Shown: in pieces, positions 37,011-46,001 of the stretch
Position numbering within the stretch: position 1 is the stretch's first letter
Layout: each line of letters starts with the position of its first letter
Assembly (NCBI GenBank): GCA_963678065.2
Contig: CAXXVZ010000003.1
Coordinates: 32,001-96,000 of the forward strand
Length of the DNA: 64,000 nt
DNA from: Treponemataceae bacterium
GTDB taxonomy: Bacteria > Spirochaetota > Spirochaetia > Treponematales > Rectinemataceae
Reading direction: 5' to 3'
Program-made: the position numbers and the translations under genes
Notes under the pieces: generated by a model
Told to the model about the DNA's origin: nothing
The model's input: the letters and a program-made list of their open reading frames with translations, nothing else
Database searches by the model: none

Positions 37011-38984
37011 CTATCCATGCCGGTAACCCTCCGTTCCCGCTATCCCGCCTGCGTTGCCGGTCATATACAGGAGTTGCCCGAGGGCCGTGAGCTCTGCTAT
37101 TCCCCGGGGGTCGCTTTGTCGGTACACGAGCGTCTGCGAAGTGCCGGGGAAGGCCGCCGCAAAGCGTTCTTTGACAAGCGACTCCCGGCGGAAAATGCAG
37201 GAGCACAGAGGATCGGCGCTCTCCGGCGTCGCCAGATTCAGGAACAGGCAGGAGACCGGAACAGCCAGACGCTTGCATGCGGCCAGCAGATCTTGCGTCT
37301 CCGCAAAGGACATCTCCGTGAGAATGCTGACGGCATACAGGGCCGCCTTGGAGGGGTCATGCAGCATCGCCCGGAGGCGTTTCAGATCTTTGGAAATTTG
37401 GACAAGGCGATTGGTTATTTTCGGCAGCCGGAAAATATCCCGATATTTCAGGAAGAGACCGAATACCACCTTCAGCCACTGCTCGATGATTTCGGGGAGT
37501 TCCAGGAGTCTTATCAGATGCCCTGTCGGCGCGGCATCCAGGACCAGCGCGTCGAAGCGGTCCTCGGCAAGGAAATCCATCACCGATGTCAGCGCCATGA
37601 GCTCGTCTATCCCTGGCGGGGATAGGTCCATGAGCCGCTCGATGACTTCCCGATCATATGTCATGTCGAGGTTAGGCATGATTTTGGTCAGAAACTGTTT
37701 TATTTCACGGCGGTACTGATTTTTCAGCGAGGCGAATTCCGCCCCGGCATCCACTTCCATGGCCCATAGTCCTGGCGTTACCGGCGTCGGTTCGGAGCCG
37801 ATGCTCATGTCGAGGCAATCTGACAGGGAATGTGCCGGATCGGCGGAAAAAAGGAGAATCTTTTTTCCGCCATATGCCTGTGTCAGGCGCAGGGCCGTGG
37901 CGCAGGCCAAGGTAGTCTTTCCGACCCCACCTTTTCCCGCGAAGACGAGCAGAGACGACTCAGGCGGTGGCAAGGCGATGGAGCCGGCTACCCGCGGCGG
38001 GATCGAGGGCAGGGATGGCTGGTCTTCCGAGGCGCGCGCAGATAGCGGATCGAGCCCCTTCCAGAAGGATAGAAGGCCTTCCAGCCCCTTGATTTCCTCC
38101 GGATACATAGGGATTCCCCAGAGGCCTACGCCGGAGAAGAGCTTCTCGCGGAAGAGACGGGAAAGTTCCACCATCTGCCGGGAGCGAATATCCCTGCACA
38201 GGGTACACTGACTTTCCGGATAAAGCCGGTTGACCACGATATCCGCGATCCTGATGCCAAGGTGTTTCAGTTCACGGATCAGATCCAGTGTCTCTTCCAC
38301 GCTCAAGGCCTCGGCCAGCATCACGGGAACGAAACGGCAGCGTTGAGGGTCCTTGAGCAGGCTCTGCATCTGTTTGGCGTCGGATGTAAGTCCGGCGATG
38401 AATCGATCGAGATCGTCCTCCTGATAAGAGCCATGGAACAGCCTCTTCATATAGCGGTACTTGGCCAGAAGAGTATCCAGCGCTTCCAGCCACTTTTCCA
38501 TCAGGTCAGGCATCTCCAGGAGCCGCAGAGTGTGGCCGGTCGGAGCCGTATCCACGATGATCTCGGCATAAGTCCCGGCCGCAACCCACCGACTGATTTC
38601 CAGAAAACTCATAATCTCATCCATGCCGGGAAGGGAGAGCTCCAGGAACCGGTTGATATCCTCTTCATCCAGGAACGTTCCCCGTGAGGCGATCTCCATG
38701 AGTCTCTGCCGGTTCTTTTCTTTGAAGGAGAGAAGGCAGGCTTGGGTATCCAATTCTTCAACTTTCAGATTTTTCGGCAGCTCGGCCCCGGCGAAACTGT
38801 CCTGGAGGGAATGTGCCGGATCGGTGGAAACGAGGAGAATGGAACGATCAGGATGCCGGGTGGCGATGTCCAAGGCCGTCGCCGCGGAGGCAGTAGTCTT
38901 GCCCACACCGCCCTTTCCGCTGAAGAGCACGAGTTGCCAGCGCTCCGCGGTCAGAAAGCCCGGGGCTTCCCGGTGGTTTTTCAT
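37011..38984 (-). CDS. Tandem two-domain ArsA/Get3-family ATPase
   Basis: Two GKGGVGKTT, two S(T/A)DPAHSL, DTAPTGH and DAAPTGH, PG(M/I)DE. Confidence 0.9.
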   Translation of the reverse strand: MKNHREAPGFLTAERWQLVLFSGKGGVGKTTASAATALDIATRHPDRSILLVSTDPAHSLQDSFAGAELPKNLKVEELDTQACLLSFKEKNRQRLMEIASRGTFLDEEDINRFLELSLPGMDEIMSFLEISRWVAAGTYAEIIVDTAPTGHTLRLLEMPDLMEKWLEALDTLLAKYRYMKRLFHGSYQEDDLDRFIAGLTSDAKQMQSLLKDPQRCRFVPVMLAEALSVEETLDLIRELKHLGIRIADIVVNRLYPESQCTLCRDIRSRQMVELSRLFREKLFSGVGLWGIPMYPEEIKGLEGLLSFWKGLDPLSARASEDQPSLPSIPPRVAGSIALPPPESSLLVFAGKGGVGKTTLACATALRLTQAYGGKKILLFSADPAHSLSDCLDMSIGSEPTPVTPGLWAMEVDAGAEFASLKNQYRREIKQFLTKIMPNLDMTYDREVIERLMDLSPPGIDELMALTSVMDFLAEDRFDALVLDAAPTGHLIRLLELPEIIEQWLKVVFGLFLKYRDIFRLPKITNRLVQISKDLKRLRAMLHDPSKAALYAVSILTEMSFAETQDLLAACKRLAVPVSCLFLNLATPESADPLCSCIFRRESLVKERFAAAFPGTSQTLVYRQSDPRGIAELTALGQLLYMTGNAGGIAGTEGYRHG

Positions 38985-39061
38985 GACTCTGCCCGTCCTT
39001 TGGTAGTTCTTTCGCCGCACACTCAGCCGCTCGGATTGCGGGCCTTTCTCAAGCCCCTCTC

Positions 39062-39310
39062 CTATTCTTCCTCCCCATCGGCGGACTCTCCCTTCAGGGC
39101 ATCGAGGCGGTCGAGAAGCACCTTTTCCGCCGCGTCGAATTCCGCTTCCGTCATCTGTCCCGTCTCCAGCATCATGTAGAGTTCGCCGAGCTTGGCCGTG
39201 ATGGCCTCCGGTTCGGCCTCCAAGTCCTTCTCCACGGCATTGTCGATCTCGCGAAAGATCCACATGAGGCTTCGGAAGGGAAACAGGAGGAGATCATCGA
39301 CTAGGAGCAT
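39062..39310 (-). CDS. gvpG: Gas vesicle protein GvpG
   Basis: DDLLLFPF..L.WIF, LETGQMTEAEFDAAEKVLLDRL. Confidence 0.88.
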   Translation of the reverse strand: MLLVDDLLLFPFRSLMWIFREIDNAVEKDLEAEPEAITAKLGELYMMLETGQMTEAEFDAAEKVLLDRLDALKGESADGEEE

Positions 39311-39361
39311 CTGTCCACCGCCTATTTCGCCACGATCATTCGCGATCCGTCCCTGGATGTT

Positions 39362-40120
39362 TCAGAGAGCCAGTTCGACATCCACGAAGTTGTGCGGAGC
39401 CCAAGGACCATTGAAATCGAACGTGAAATTGTTGTCGAACTCCTGCGCCGCTGAGCATATGGCGGTTTCGAAATTTTTCTCGATGTTCTGTCGGGACACG
39501 AGACAGGCGAGGTTCATGACCTCTTTTTCGCCGTGGGGGGGGATTCTCTTGATTTCTGCGCAGCAGGACTTCAGGCTCGTCTCCACTTTTTCCGTATGTT
39601 CCTCGCGGTCTTCCTTGAGAAGCCGATCGAAGAGTCTCCCTACCTCGATCTTGTCTTCCTGGGTAGGAGCATGGCGACCGCCAAAGAGCTGATCGCGCGC
39701 CGCCCGCAGTTCGGCGTGGGTGTTGACGAAATACTCGAAGATATTGGGGACATCCCACGCGACCCGTACCCCCATCTCTGCCTTGCCATGAACTCGCTGA
39801 ATCTGTTTGGTAAAGGATTTCCGGTTGAGGGACAGAATCCGCCGGATTTCCTTGTCGCTCTCGGCGATCACGCCAAAACTGATGGGCAAGGGGGAATCCT
39901 CCACCATGAGGCGCTTGAGGACGGTTTGATGAGCGGCGATATGGCGGCGCTCCGGGCGGATCTTCCCGTTGCTGAAATCGCTGACCACAGCGGCGACGTG
40001 GTCGTCCGGGATGAGATAAACCCGCGCCCCATCGATGCCGATCTCGCCGTATTCGCGATTCTCTCTCGCCGGAATGACCGCGTAAAGATACTTTCCCGTT
40101 TGTGTTGTCGTGCTGGCCAT
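39362..40120 (-). CDS. gvpF: Gas vesicle protein GvpF/GvpL family (GvpF1-like)
   Basis: YLYAVI, AHQTVL, LPISFG, GPWAPHNFV. Confidence 0.9.
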   Translation of the reverse strand: MASTTTQTGKYLYAVIPARENREYGEIGIDGARVYLIPDDHVAAVVSDFSNGKIRPERRHIAAHQTVLKRLMVEDSPLPISFGVIAESDKEIRRILSLNRKSFTKQIQRVHGKAEMGVRVAWDVPNIFEYFVNTHAELRAARDQLFGGRHAPTQEDKIEVGRLFDRLLKEDREEHTEKVETSLKSCCAEIKRIPPHGEKEVMNLACLVSRQNIEKNFETAICSAAQEFDNNFTFDFNGPWAPHNFVDVELAL

Positions 40121-40140
40121 ATCGCGTTCTCCCTGATGTC

Positions 40141-40338
40141 TCATGCCACGGGCTTGTTCTTCCCGCCAGTGACGGAACGGCTTTTCCGTTCCGTGAGCTT
40201 CGCTGACTTGACGCGTCCCTCACTCAGCTTGACCTCCACAGTGGCGTTGCAGGCGTAGCACTTGATTTCGCCTTCGTAATCGCTGTAGGACTCATCGAGG
40301 TCGATGTTGTGACCGCAGGATAAACAGTTGATTTTCAT
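40141..40338 (-). CDS. Small zinc-ribbon protein (65 aa)
   Basis: CLSC...CYAC pairs; ATG overlaps the upstream stop. Confidence 0.7.
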   Translation of the reverse strand: MKINCLSCGHNIDLDESYSDYEGEIKCYACNATVEVKLSEGRVKSAKLTERKSRSVTGGKNKPVA

Positions 40339-40562
40339 ATGTACTTCTCTTCCCTTACGAGATTGCTCCACGCCTGATGTTCCGCCCACAGTCGGACGAG
40401 CCAGTCCAGACGGAGCCGTCGGTTGACCAAGTCCACGTACGCCTGGTTGACGCGCCGCGCCTCTCTACGGCCCGCGAAAAAACCCGTGTGGGTTCTCAAG
40501 GCCATGTGGCCCTTCCTGTGACGATTCGTGGGAATGTGATGTGAATCGTAGATTGTCAGCAT
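40335..40562 (-). CDS. Hypothetical protein (75 aa) in the gvp operon
   Basis: SD GGGGAGG; fills the gap exactly; its stop overlaps the next ATG. Confidence 0.55.
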   Translation of the reverse strand: MLTIYDSHHIPTNRHRKGHMALRTHTGFFAGRREARRVNQAYVDLVNRRLRLDWLVRLWAEHQAWSNLVREEKYI

Positions 40563-40576
40563 CAGGGCCTCCCCTA

Positions 40577-40900
40577 TCAGTACCTGATTTTGAACGGTCC
40601 GGTACTCGCGCGCGGCGCTCCCGTCGGCCCGATCGACTTTCGCCTGCATGGCGGCGAGGCGCCGTGCGGCTCCAGAGATTGGAGGGTCTGCGCTTTTTCC
40701 GCCTCGATCTCCTGGAAGCGCTGATCGATAATCCGCAACCTCTCCAAGGCGGTTGTCTTTTCCTTGTTCCGGCGATACTTTTCCATCTCGAGAATGCTGA
40801 GCTTCATATAGGCCTTGTACGGTGTGGCAAAATCATCCACCCGTCCCGACAAAGTCTTGATGTTCTGCAGACCCCTCACGACCTTTTTCGTCGCCGGCAT
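40577..40900 (-). CDS. GvpV-like coiled-coil protein
   Basis: AYMKLSILEMEKYRR...RFQEIE; directly after gvpN; SD AAGGAGG. Confidence 0.65.
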   Translation of the reverse strand: MPATKKVVRGLQNIKTLSGRVDDFATPYKAYMKLSILEMEKYRRNKEKTTALERLRIIDQRFQEIEAEKAQTLQSLEPHGASPPCRRKSIGPTGAPRASTGPFKIRY

Positions 40901-41888
40901 TTCGTACCTCCTTGTGTTTGGCTGGTTTCATCGGCCCACAGACTTTGCGGATCACCTCTTCCACCTTTTCCAATATGATCGGCTGTCCGTCATGAGTGAC
41001 CTTCGCGGTATCGGCGGCGAGAACATCGCGGCAAACTAACTGGAAGAACTCGTCATCCGAGCGGGCGCGGTGATTCTGGGAAGAAAGGATCCGGCCGATG
41101 GCGATGCCTGCCCGGATGGTCGGACGATGGTTGTTCACCCCGAAGGTCCGCAACTCCCGCACCATGTCCACGATCCGCTCGGCGTCCTCCCGGGGCAGAC
41201 CGGATTTTTTCTTGACGATGAGGACTTCAGTTTCCCGGTCGTAATGTTCCAGATGAATGGTGATCAGGCGGTCCATCAGCGCGTCCTGGGTTTTGTGGAC
41301 CCCGGCGTATTCTTCGGGATTGGAGGTGAAAATGGCGCGGAATTTGGGGTGCACGGACAGGTATCCCTCGCCGGACTCGCGGAGTTTCGGCAAGTTCAGG
41401 ATTCCCTCGGAAAGCACACTCAACAAGGCGTTGTTCGCCTCCGGCCGTGAACGGTTGAATTCGTCGTAAATCAATGTATCCCCGTTCCGACAAGCGGTGG
41501 TGAGTCGGTCGTCCACCCAGAAGTTCCGCGTCTCCTCCTCTGTCTTCAGAACGGAGTGAATGAAGTTATCGACCAGTTTGGACTTTCGGTAGCCGCCATC
41601 CCGGCCCACGAGATCCGAGCTACCGAATTCATCATCTCCGTGAACCAGGATGACCGGGCGCCCCAGTTTCGACGCTACATGAAAGGCAAGAGTGGTCTTT
41701 CCCGTTCCTGCCACGCCTGAAAAATGGACTGGGTAACCGGCAATCAAGTAGGCCAAGGCCCGCTGCGTGACCTGCTCGACATAGGGAGACGAGATGAAAC
41801 TGTCGCTGGCCTCGGGTTGGACACCGTCATCTCCGACAGGCACATGAACCGTCGGCAGGGCAAACGCTTCCGCGGCATTTTGACTCAT
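40833..41888 (-). CDS. gvpN: Gas vesicle AAA+ ATPase GvpN
   Basis: GYPVHFSGVAGTGKTTLA, VDNFIHSV, YDEFNRSRPEANN, NPEEYAGVHKTQDALMDR. Confidence 0.95.
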   Translation of the reverse strand: MSQNAAEAFALPTVHVPVGDDGVQPEASDSFISSPYVEQVTQRALAYLIAGYPVHFSGVAGTGKTTLAFHVASKLGRPVILVHGDDEFGSSDLVGRDGGYRKSKLVDNFIHSVLKTEEETRNFWVDDRLTTACRNGDTLIYDEFNRSRPEANNALLSVLSEGILNLPKLRESGEGYLSVHPKFRAIFTSNPEEYAGVHKTQDALMDRLITIHLEHYDRETEVLIVKKKSGLPREDAERIVDMVRELRTFGVNNHRPTIRAGIAIGRILSSQNHRARSDDEFFQLVCRDVLAADTAKVTHDGQPIILEKVEEVIRKVCGPMKPAKHKEVRNAGDEKGREGSAEHQDFVGTGG

Positions 41889-41913
41889 GGTCGACTCCTT
41901 CCTCTCGGTGAGT

Positions 41914-42270
41914 TCATCCAGCAGTGACACATCCGCGTCCCCGGCATCTCAGGCAGGCCATGGCCGGAGCAGAGGAATCATCGCCCGAACCGCGGCACAC
42001 AGGGCATGGGACAGTCGGCGACGCGGGCCGGAAAACAGCGCCTTTCCCTCCGCACGCTGTGCAGGTAAGGGTCTTGATGGCCCCTGTTCCCCCGCAGTGC
42101 GCGCAGGTGATGGCGGGGGAGAGTATCCGGACTTTGCCGCTGCCTCCACAGACACAGCACGTTGACAGCTCGGACATGATGCCGAATGGATCTATGCCCT
42201 TGCCGTGACAAAAAGCGCATTTTTTTTCCTCGAAAACCACCCTGTCCTTCGTTGACCTGCGCGGCATCAT
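41914..42270 (-). CDS. Stand-alone DnaJ-type zinc-finger protein
   Basis: Six CxxCxGxG repeats and no J domain. Confidence 0.8.
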   Translation of the reverse strand: MMPRRSTKDRVVFEEKKCAFCHGKGIDPFGIMSELSTCCVCGGSGKVRILSPAITCAHCGGTGAIKTLTCTACGGKGAVFRPASPTVPCPVCRGSGDDSSAPAMACLRCRGRGCVTAG

Positions 42271-42279
42271 GGAAGCACC

Positions 42280-42774
42280 CTACTTCTTTTTCGTCCGCTT
42301 CGGTCTGGCTGCCGATTTGCCCGGCTTCGCGCGAACAGGAGGCTCGCTCAGCCCGTCATTCTCTTCTTCCCCACAAGGTTTCATGGCTGAGTCGGAAGGT
42401 TCAGCCGCCACGACGGAGGAGTCGGTCGCGATGACCGTGGGCTCTGTCGCCATGACCTCGGCTTCGGCCGCGATGACGGTAGGTTCGGCCTCCATGGCGA
42501 TAGGTTCAGCCGATATAACCGAAGGCTCCGCCGTCATGACTGCAGGCTCCGCCGCTATCACGGTGGGTTCAGCCACCGTGACCAGGGGCACCAGTTCTTT
42601 CTCTTCTTCTTTGTCCTGGGGCGCCACCTTGCGCAAGCCCGCCACCTGGTTCCTGATCTCGAGAAGAAAGGCCCTGCGCTCATTCCGCGCCCTCTCGGCC
42701 TGCCTCTTCTGCACGCTGGAAAAATCTGCCAGCATGGACCTCACGTCATTGGCCAGGTTGGTTTTGTAGGACAT
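42280..42774 (-). CDS. Repeat protein in the GvpC position (GvpC-like)
   Basis: Follows gvpA; helical N-terminus, heptad repeats, basic tail. Confidence 0.6.
   Translation of the reverse strand: MSYKTNLANDVRSMLADFSSVQKRQAERARNERRAFLLEIRNQVAGLRKVAPQDKEEEKELVPLVTVAEPTVIAAEPAVMTAEPSVISAEPIAMEAEPTVIAAEAEVMATEPTVIATDSSVVAAEPSDSAMKPCGEEENDGLSEPPVRAKPGKSAARPKRTKKK
42385..42573 (-). repeat. Nine degenerate 21-bp (7-aa) tandem repeats, consensus AEPTVIA
   Basis: AEPTVIA AEPAVMT AEPSVIS AEPIAME AEPTVIA AEAEVMA TEPTVIA TDSSVVA AEPSDSA. Confidence 0.85.
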
Positions 42775-42868
42775 CCTTTCCTCGCAGCCGTTTTTCCCCA
42801 TATCAGCCAGCTTACTCACGAGAATCTCCTTTGCGTGTCCTGTTTCCGTACCGTCCGTCTTCTGGGAG

Positions 42869-42894
42869 GCGGGGAGGGCGTCAGGCCTCCCCGC
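42869..42894 (-). terminator. GC-rich stem-loop just downstream of gvpA
   Basis: GCGGGGAGG-N8-CCTCCCCGC, perfect 9-bp stem with no U tract. Confidence 0.6.
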
Positions 42895-42910
42895 GGGGAA
42901 TTTGTCCGGC

Positions 42911-43129
42911 CTAGGCGGGCATGGCGGCGTTGGCCGTCAAACCGATCGCCTCGGCATACTTGAGATAGGTCTCGACCGACGCGACCACGACGCGCGCTTC
43001 GACCGAGAGCAGTTCGATGCCGACCAGCGACACCTTCACCCAGGCGTCGATCACGATACCCTTGTCCAGGATCCGGTCGACGACTTCGGCCAAACTCGAT
43101 GAATCGGTTGATTTCTGAATCTTTGCCAT
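42911..43129 (-). CDS. gvpA: Major gas vesicle shell protein GvpA (72 aa)
   Basis: [63 protein letters not shown]. Confidence 0.97.
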   Translation of the reverse strand: MAKIQKSTDSSSLAEVVDRILDKGIVIDAWVKVSLVGIELLSVEARVVVASVETYLKYAEAIGLTANAAMPA

Positions 43130-43197
43130 TGTGCATCTCCTTTCGTCTGTTCTGTTTCCTTCTACGTACTGGCCCGCATGCATGCCACCAAATGTGC

Positions 43198-43213
43198 TGC
43201 AGGATTCGTGCCA
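43198..43213 (-). promoter_or_regulatory. Sigma54 (-24/-12) promoter of gvpA
   Basis: TGGCAC-GAATC-CTGCA versus consensus TGGCAC-N5-TTGCW, about 70 bp upstream of gvpA. Confidence 0.8.
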
Positions 43214-43305
43214 TGTATCTCCAGCCGCTCTACTCGATGCGAAAACGCCTGATTTCAGGCACATTGTCTTCAAAAAAACGCGATCTCGGCATTTCCGGGA
43301 AGCTG

Positions 43306-43746
43306 CTATGGCGCCGGAGCTATGGAAGCATTTCCATACATCACGGGCGACTGATTCGTGTTCCCGACCACGGAATGCGGAGAGCCGATGGTGCGCAGAA
43401 TTTCATCATGAGCGAAAGGTTTGGCGACAAAGGCCGAGATCAATCCCGACTGAATAGCCCCTGTGATGGCGGGGTCATCCTGGTAGAAGTAACCGGACAC
43501 GATGACTATGCGGATGCCGGGGATGGATTCCATGAGGCGACGGGCCAGATCGAGCCCATCGTGGTCCGGCAGCTTGGCATCCAGGAAGGCCATGCGGAAG
43601 GATTGGCTTTCCGCCAGGGACAAGGCTTCCTTGGCGTCAAAGGCCGTGCTGCAGATGCCTCCGGTCCCTTTCAGAATCCGCTCGAGAACCCAGCACATCT
43701 CCGGTTCGTCGTCGACGATGAGAAATGGCCCGCTGTCGTTGGTCAT
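43306..43746 (-). CDS. Single-domain response regulator (GvrC-like)
   Basis: [23 protein letters not shown]; no output domain. Confidence 0.85.
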   Translation of the reverse strand: MTNDSGPFLIVDDEPEMCWVLERILKGTGGICSTAFDAKEALSLAESQSFRMAFLDAKLPDHDGLDLARRLMESIPGIRIVIVSGYFYQDDPAITGAIQSGLISAFVAKPFAHDEILRTIGSPHSVVGNTNQSPVMYGNASIAPAP

Positions 43747-45254
43747 GCCTCGCCTTCCTGCATCGCCATAGGCACCCTCAAAGGAAGCGTGACAGTGAAG
43801 GTGCTGCCCTTTCCCTCGGCGCTCTCCACCGAGATGGTCCCTCCGTGCTGCTGCACGATCGAGTAGCAGATGGACAGGCCAAGCCCCGTTCCCTTGCCCA
43901 CGGGGGAAGTCGTGTAGAAAGGATCGAAGATCCTTTCTATGTCACGTTCTGCAATGCCGCAACCGGTGTCAGAGACCCAGACACAGACACCGCCGTTGAC
44001 CGGGCGCACGTCGACCTTCAGGGTTCCTCCCTTTGGCATCGCGTTGATGGCGTTCAGAAAAAGGTTTATGAAGACCTGCTGCAGCAAGGTGGCTTCGCCC
44101 TGTACCATGATGTGGTTCGTGGGGAAAGTCCCTTTCGTCTCAATCCTCTGGAGCGTGGCCTGTTGGGCCAGCAAGTTCAGCGTCTCCTGGATCATTTCGA
44201 CCAGATTGAAGGGGACGGTCCGGGCTGCCACGCGAGGGTGGGAGAATTTGAGAAGACTCTCGATGATCGCCGTGGCCCGCTGAATCCCCCGACGGATTTT
44301 TTCCGCGCACTCTTTGCGGAACTCCGGCGTTATGTCCTCTTCATCCGTGAGAAACTGTGCGGCGGACGAACAGATGGCCAGAGGATTCCGGATTTCGTGC
44401 GCGATGCCTCCCGCCATGACTCCCAGCGAAGCCAGTCTCTGGGACTGGATCAGCTCCATCTCAAACTTGCGCCTTTCCGTCAAATCCCTGCCGACCGCCA
44501 CGACGCCCACTGTCTGGCTCGACCGATCCGGCAGCGGCGAGAAGACCCATGAGACGAGGATGAAGGTCGAGTGTTTGGTTCTAAAGGGGCACTCCTTGAT
44601 CTGGGCGGCGTTTCGCGTGTCGATGTGGGCAAAAATTCCCTCGATGTCCGCTTGGTCCTCTCCCACGCAGAACTCGATGAACTTGTGCCCCCGCGCCTCA
44701 GCGGCGGAATACCCCGAGAGTCTCTCCGCCGAGGCGTTCCACGTCAGGATATTGCCCAATCTGTCCGTCGAAAGCATGAGATCGCTGGCGCTGTCCACGA
44801 TGCTCGCCATGTGCCGCTCCACCCGCCGGACTTCTTCGCTGAGACGCACCTGCTCCGTGACATCGTCCATGAGCAGAAGCACTCCTTCAGTCTGTCCTTG
44901 CCACGAGAACGGGATGAGGCTGTAGTAGTAGATGCGGATGGGTACACCTGGGGCGCGATAGGTCATCCGCTCGCCTTTGGCCGGCTGATTTGTTTCGATG
45001 ACATGCTGTACCCGCCTCGCGATATCCATCTGCTCGAGGATCACGGCGGGGAGCGCCTCCTCGAGCCTGTGCCCGACGGTCTCACGCAATATCCGTTGGC
45101 TTTTTTCGAGGAAATTGCGGTTCGCGGAGAGGATGCGCAGATTCTTATCGATAAGGAGGACGGAAGAGGGGATGGCATCCAGAAGCATGGTGTAGAGTTG
45201 CTCATACCGCGCAGAAACTTCCGCGTCCGCCAGATCGGGTTGGGTGATCCTCAT
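43743..45254 (-). CDS. Soluble PAS-PAS histidine kinase (GvrB-like)
   Basis: Two PAS domains; AHEIRNPL, QVFINLFLNA, DTGCG, GTGLGL; no TMs. Confidence 0.9.
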   Translation of the reverse strand: MRITQPDLADAEVSARYEQLYTMLLDAIPSSVLLIDKNLRILSANRNFLEKSQRILRETVGHRLEEALPAVILEQMDIARRVQHVIETNQPAKGERMTYRAPGVPIRIYYYSLIPFSWQGQTEGVLLLMDDVTEQVRLSEEVRRVERHMASIVDSASDLMLSTDRLGNILTWNASAERLSGYSAAEARGHKFIEFCVGEDQADIEGIFAHIDTRNAAQIKECPFRTKHSTFILVSWVFSPLPDRSSQTVGVVAVGRDLTERRKFEMELIQSQRLASLGVMAGGIAHEIRNPLAICSSAAQFLTDEEDITPEFRKECAEKIRRGIQRATAIIESLLKFSHPRVAARTVPFNLVEMIQETLNLLAQQATLQRIETKGTFPTNHIMVQGEATLLQQVFINLFLNAINAMPKGGTLKVDVRPVNGGVCVWVSDTGCGIAERDIERIFDPFYTTSPVGKGTGLGLSICYSIVQQHGGTISVESAEGKGSTFTVTLPLRVPMAMQEGEA

Positions 45255-45266
45255 CGACGTCTCCTT

Positions 45267-45995
45267 TTACTGTGCACCTTCGTGGCCGACTCCTGGCAGG
45301 CAACCGGGGACGGCGAAATTGTAGGGTGGCCACGGGCCGCTGATGAGGGTTCTGCTTCCATCATGCTCAATCACCCGTTGAAAAATTTCCCTGAATCGGT
45401 TGACCTGGCCTTTCGGAATGAGAAAGTACAGAGACAAAACGGTGGAACCGCCCCTCGCGGCCGTCTCTGTCCGGTGCTTGCCGTTCAGCTCCGAAAATGC
45501 CCGGATATACCCATCCAGAAGAGCCTGGTGATGGCGGGAGTTCTCATCCTGCATCTGATAATGCGCCCTCCGCATGGCGAGATATCGGCCACCGTCCACT
45601 GGCTGCACGATCGGTTGTACACTTTGCGGCGATTTCAGTTCCGGTTCAGGAAGCAGGATTCGAATCCCCATCTCGACACGGCCTTCCAGCTCCTTAAGAA
45701 GGGCATCGTACTGTCGATTTTTTTCCTCCAAAATGTGCTGGATTGCCTGCGGCCCCTCCATGAAGCAGCCATAGCGCATGGGGACCACCGCCTGCATGCG
45801 ATGAAGCTCCTCCACCACTCTGCCGTAGACGAGAAGCTCCGAAACAGGCGGCGGCTTTTCCGTGAAAGCCATTTCCGACACGGCGGCGCCCAGCCCGTGA
45901 GCGGTGACAAAGGACACAGCCTTGCCTGTCACCCCCGTCATCAGCCCACCATCGGGCACAGGAGTTCTCATGATGCAATACACCAAGTGGGCCAT
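45267..45995 (-). CDS. gvpL: GvpF/GvpL family protein (GvpF3-like)
   Basis: VYCI, VVPMRYG, SGPWPPYNF. Confidence 0.85.
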   Translation of the reverse strand: MAHLVYCIMRTPVPDGGLMTGVTGKAVSFVTAHGLGAAVSEMAFTEKPPPVSELLVYGRVVEELHRMQAVVPMRYGCFMEGPQAIQHILEEKNRQYDALLKELEGRVEMGIRILLPEPELKSPQSVQPIVQPVDGGRYLAMRRAHYQMQDENSRHHQALLDGYIRAFSELNGKHRTETAARGGSTVLSLYFLIPKGQVNRFREIFQRVIEHDGSRTLISGPWPPYNFAVPGCLPGVGHEGAQ

Positions 45996-46001
45996 AGGCC
46001 A

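Noticed and set aside
34488..38984. arsR-arsP plus 'arsA' as one arsenic resistance operon
   Set aside because: The ATPase is on the opposite strand, inside the gvp operon and beyond the island boundary repeat. It lacks the ArsA Cys ligand motif, and there is no arsD, arsB or arsC.
42385..42573. 21-bp periodic repeats as a CRISPR array
   Set aside because: They are degenerate in-frame coding repeats with no spacers and no cas genes.
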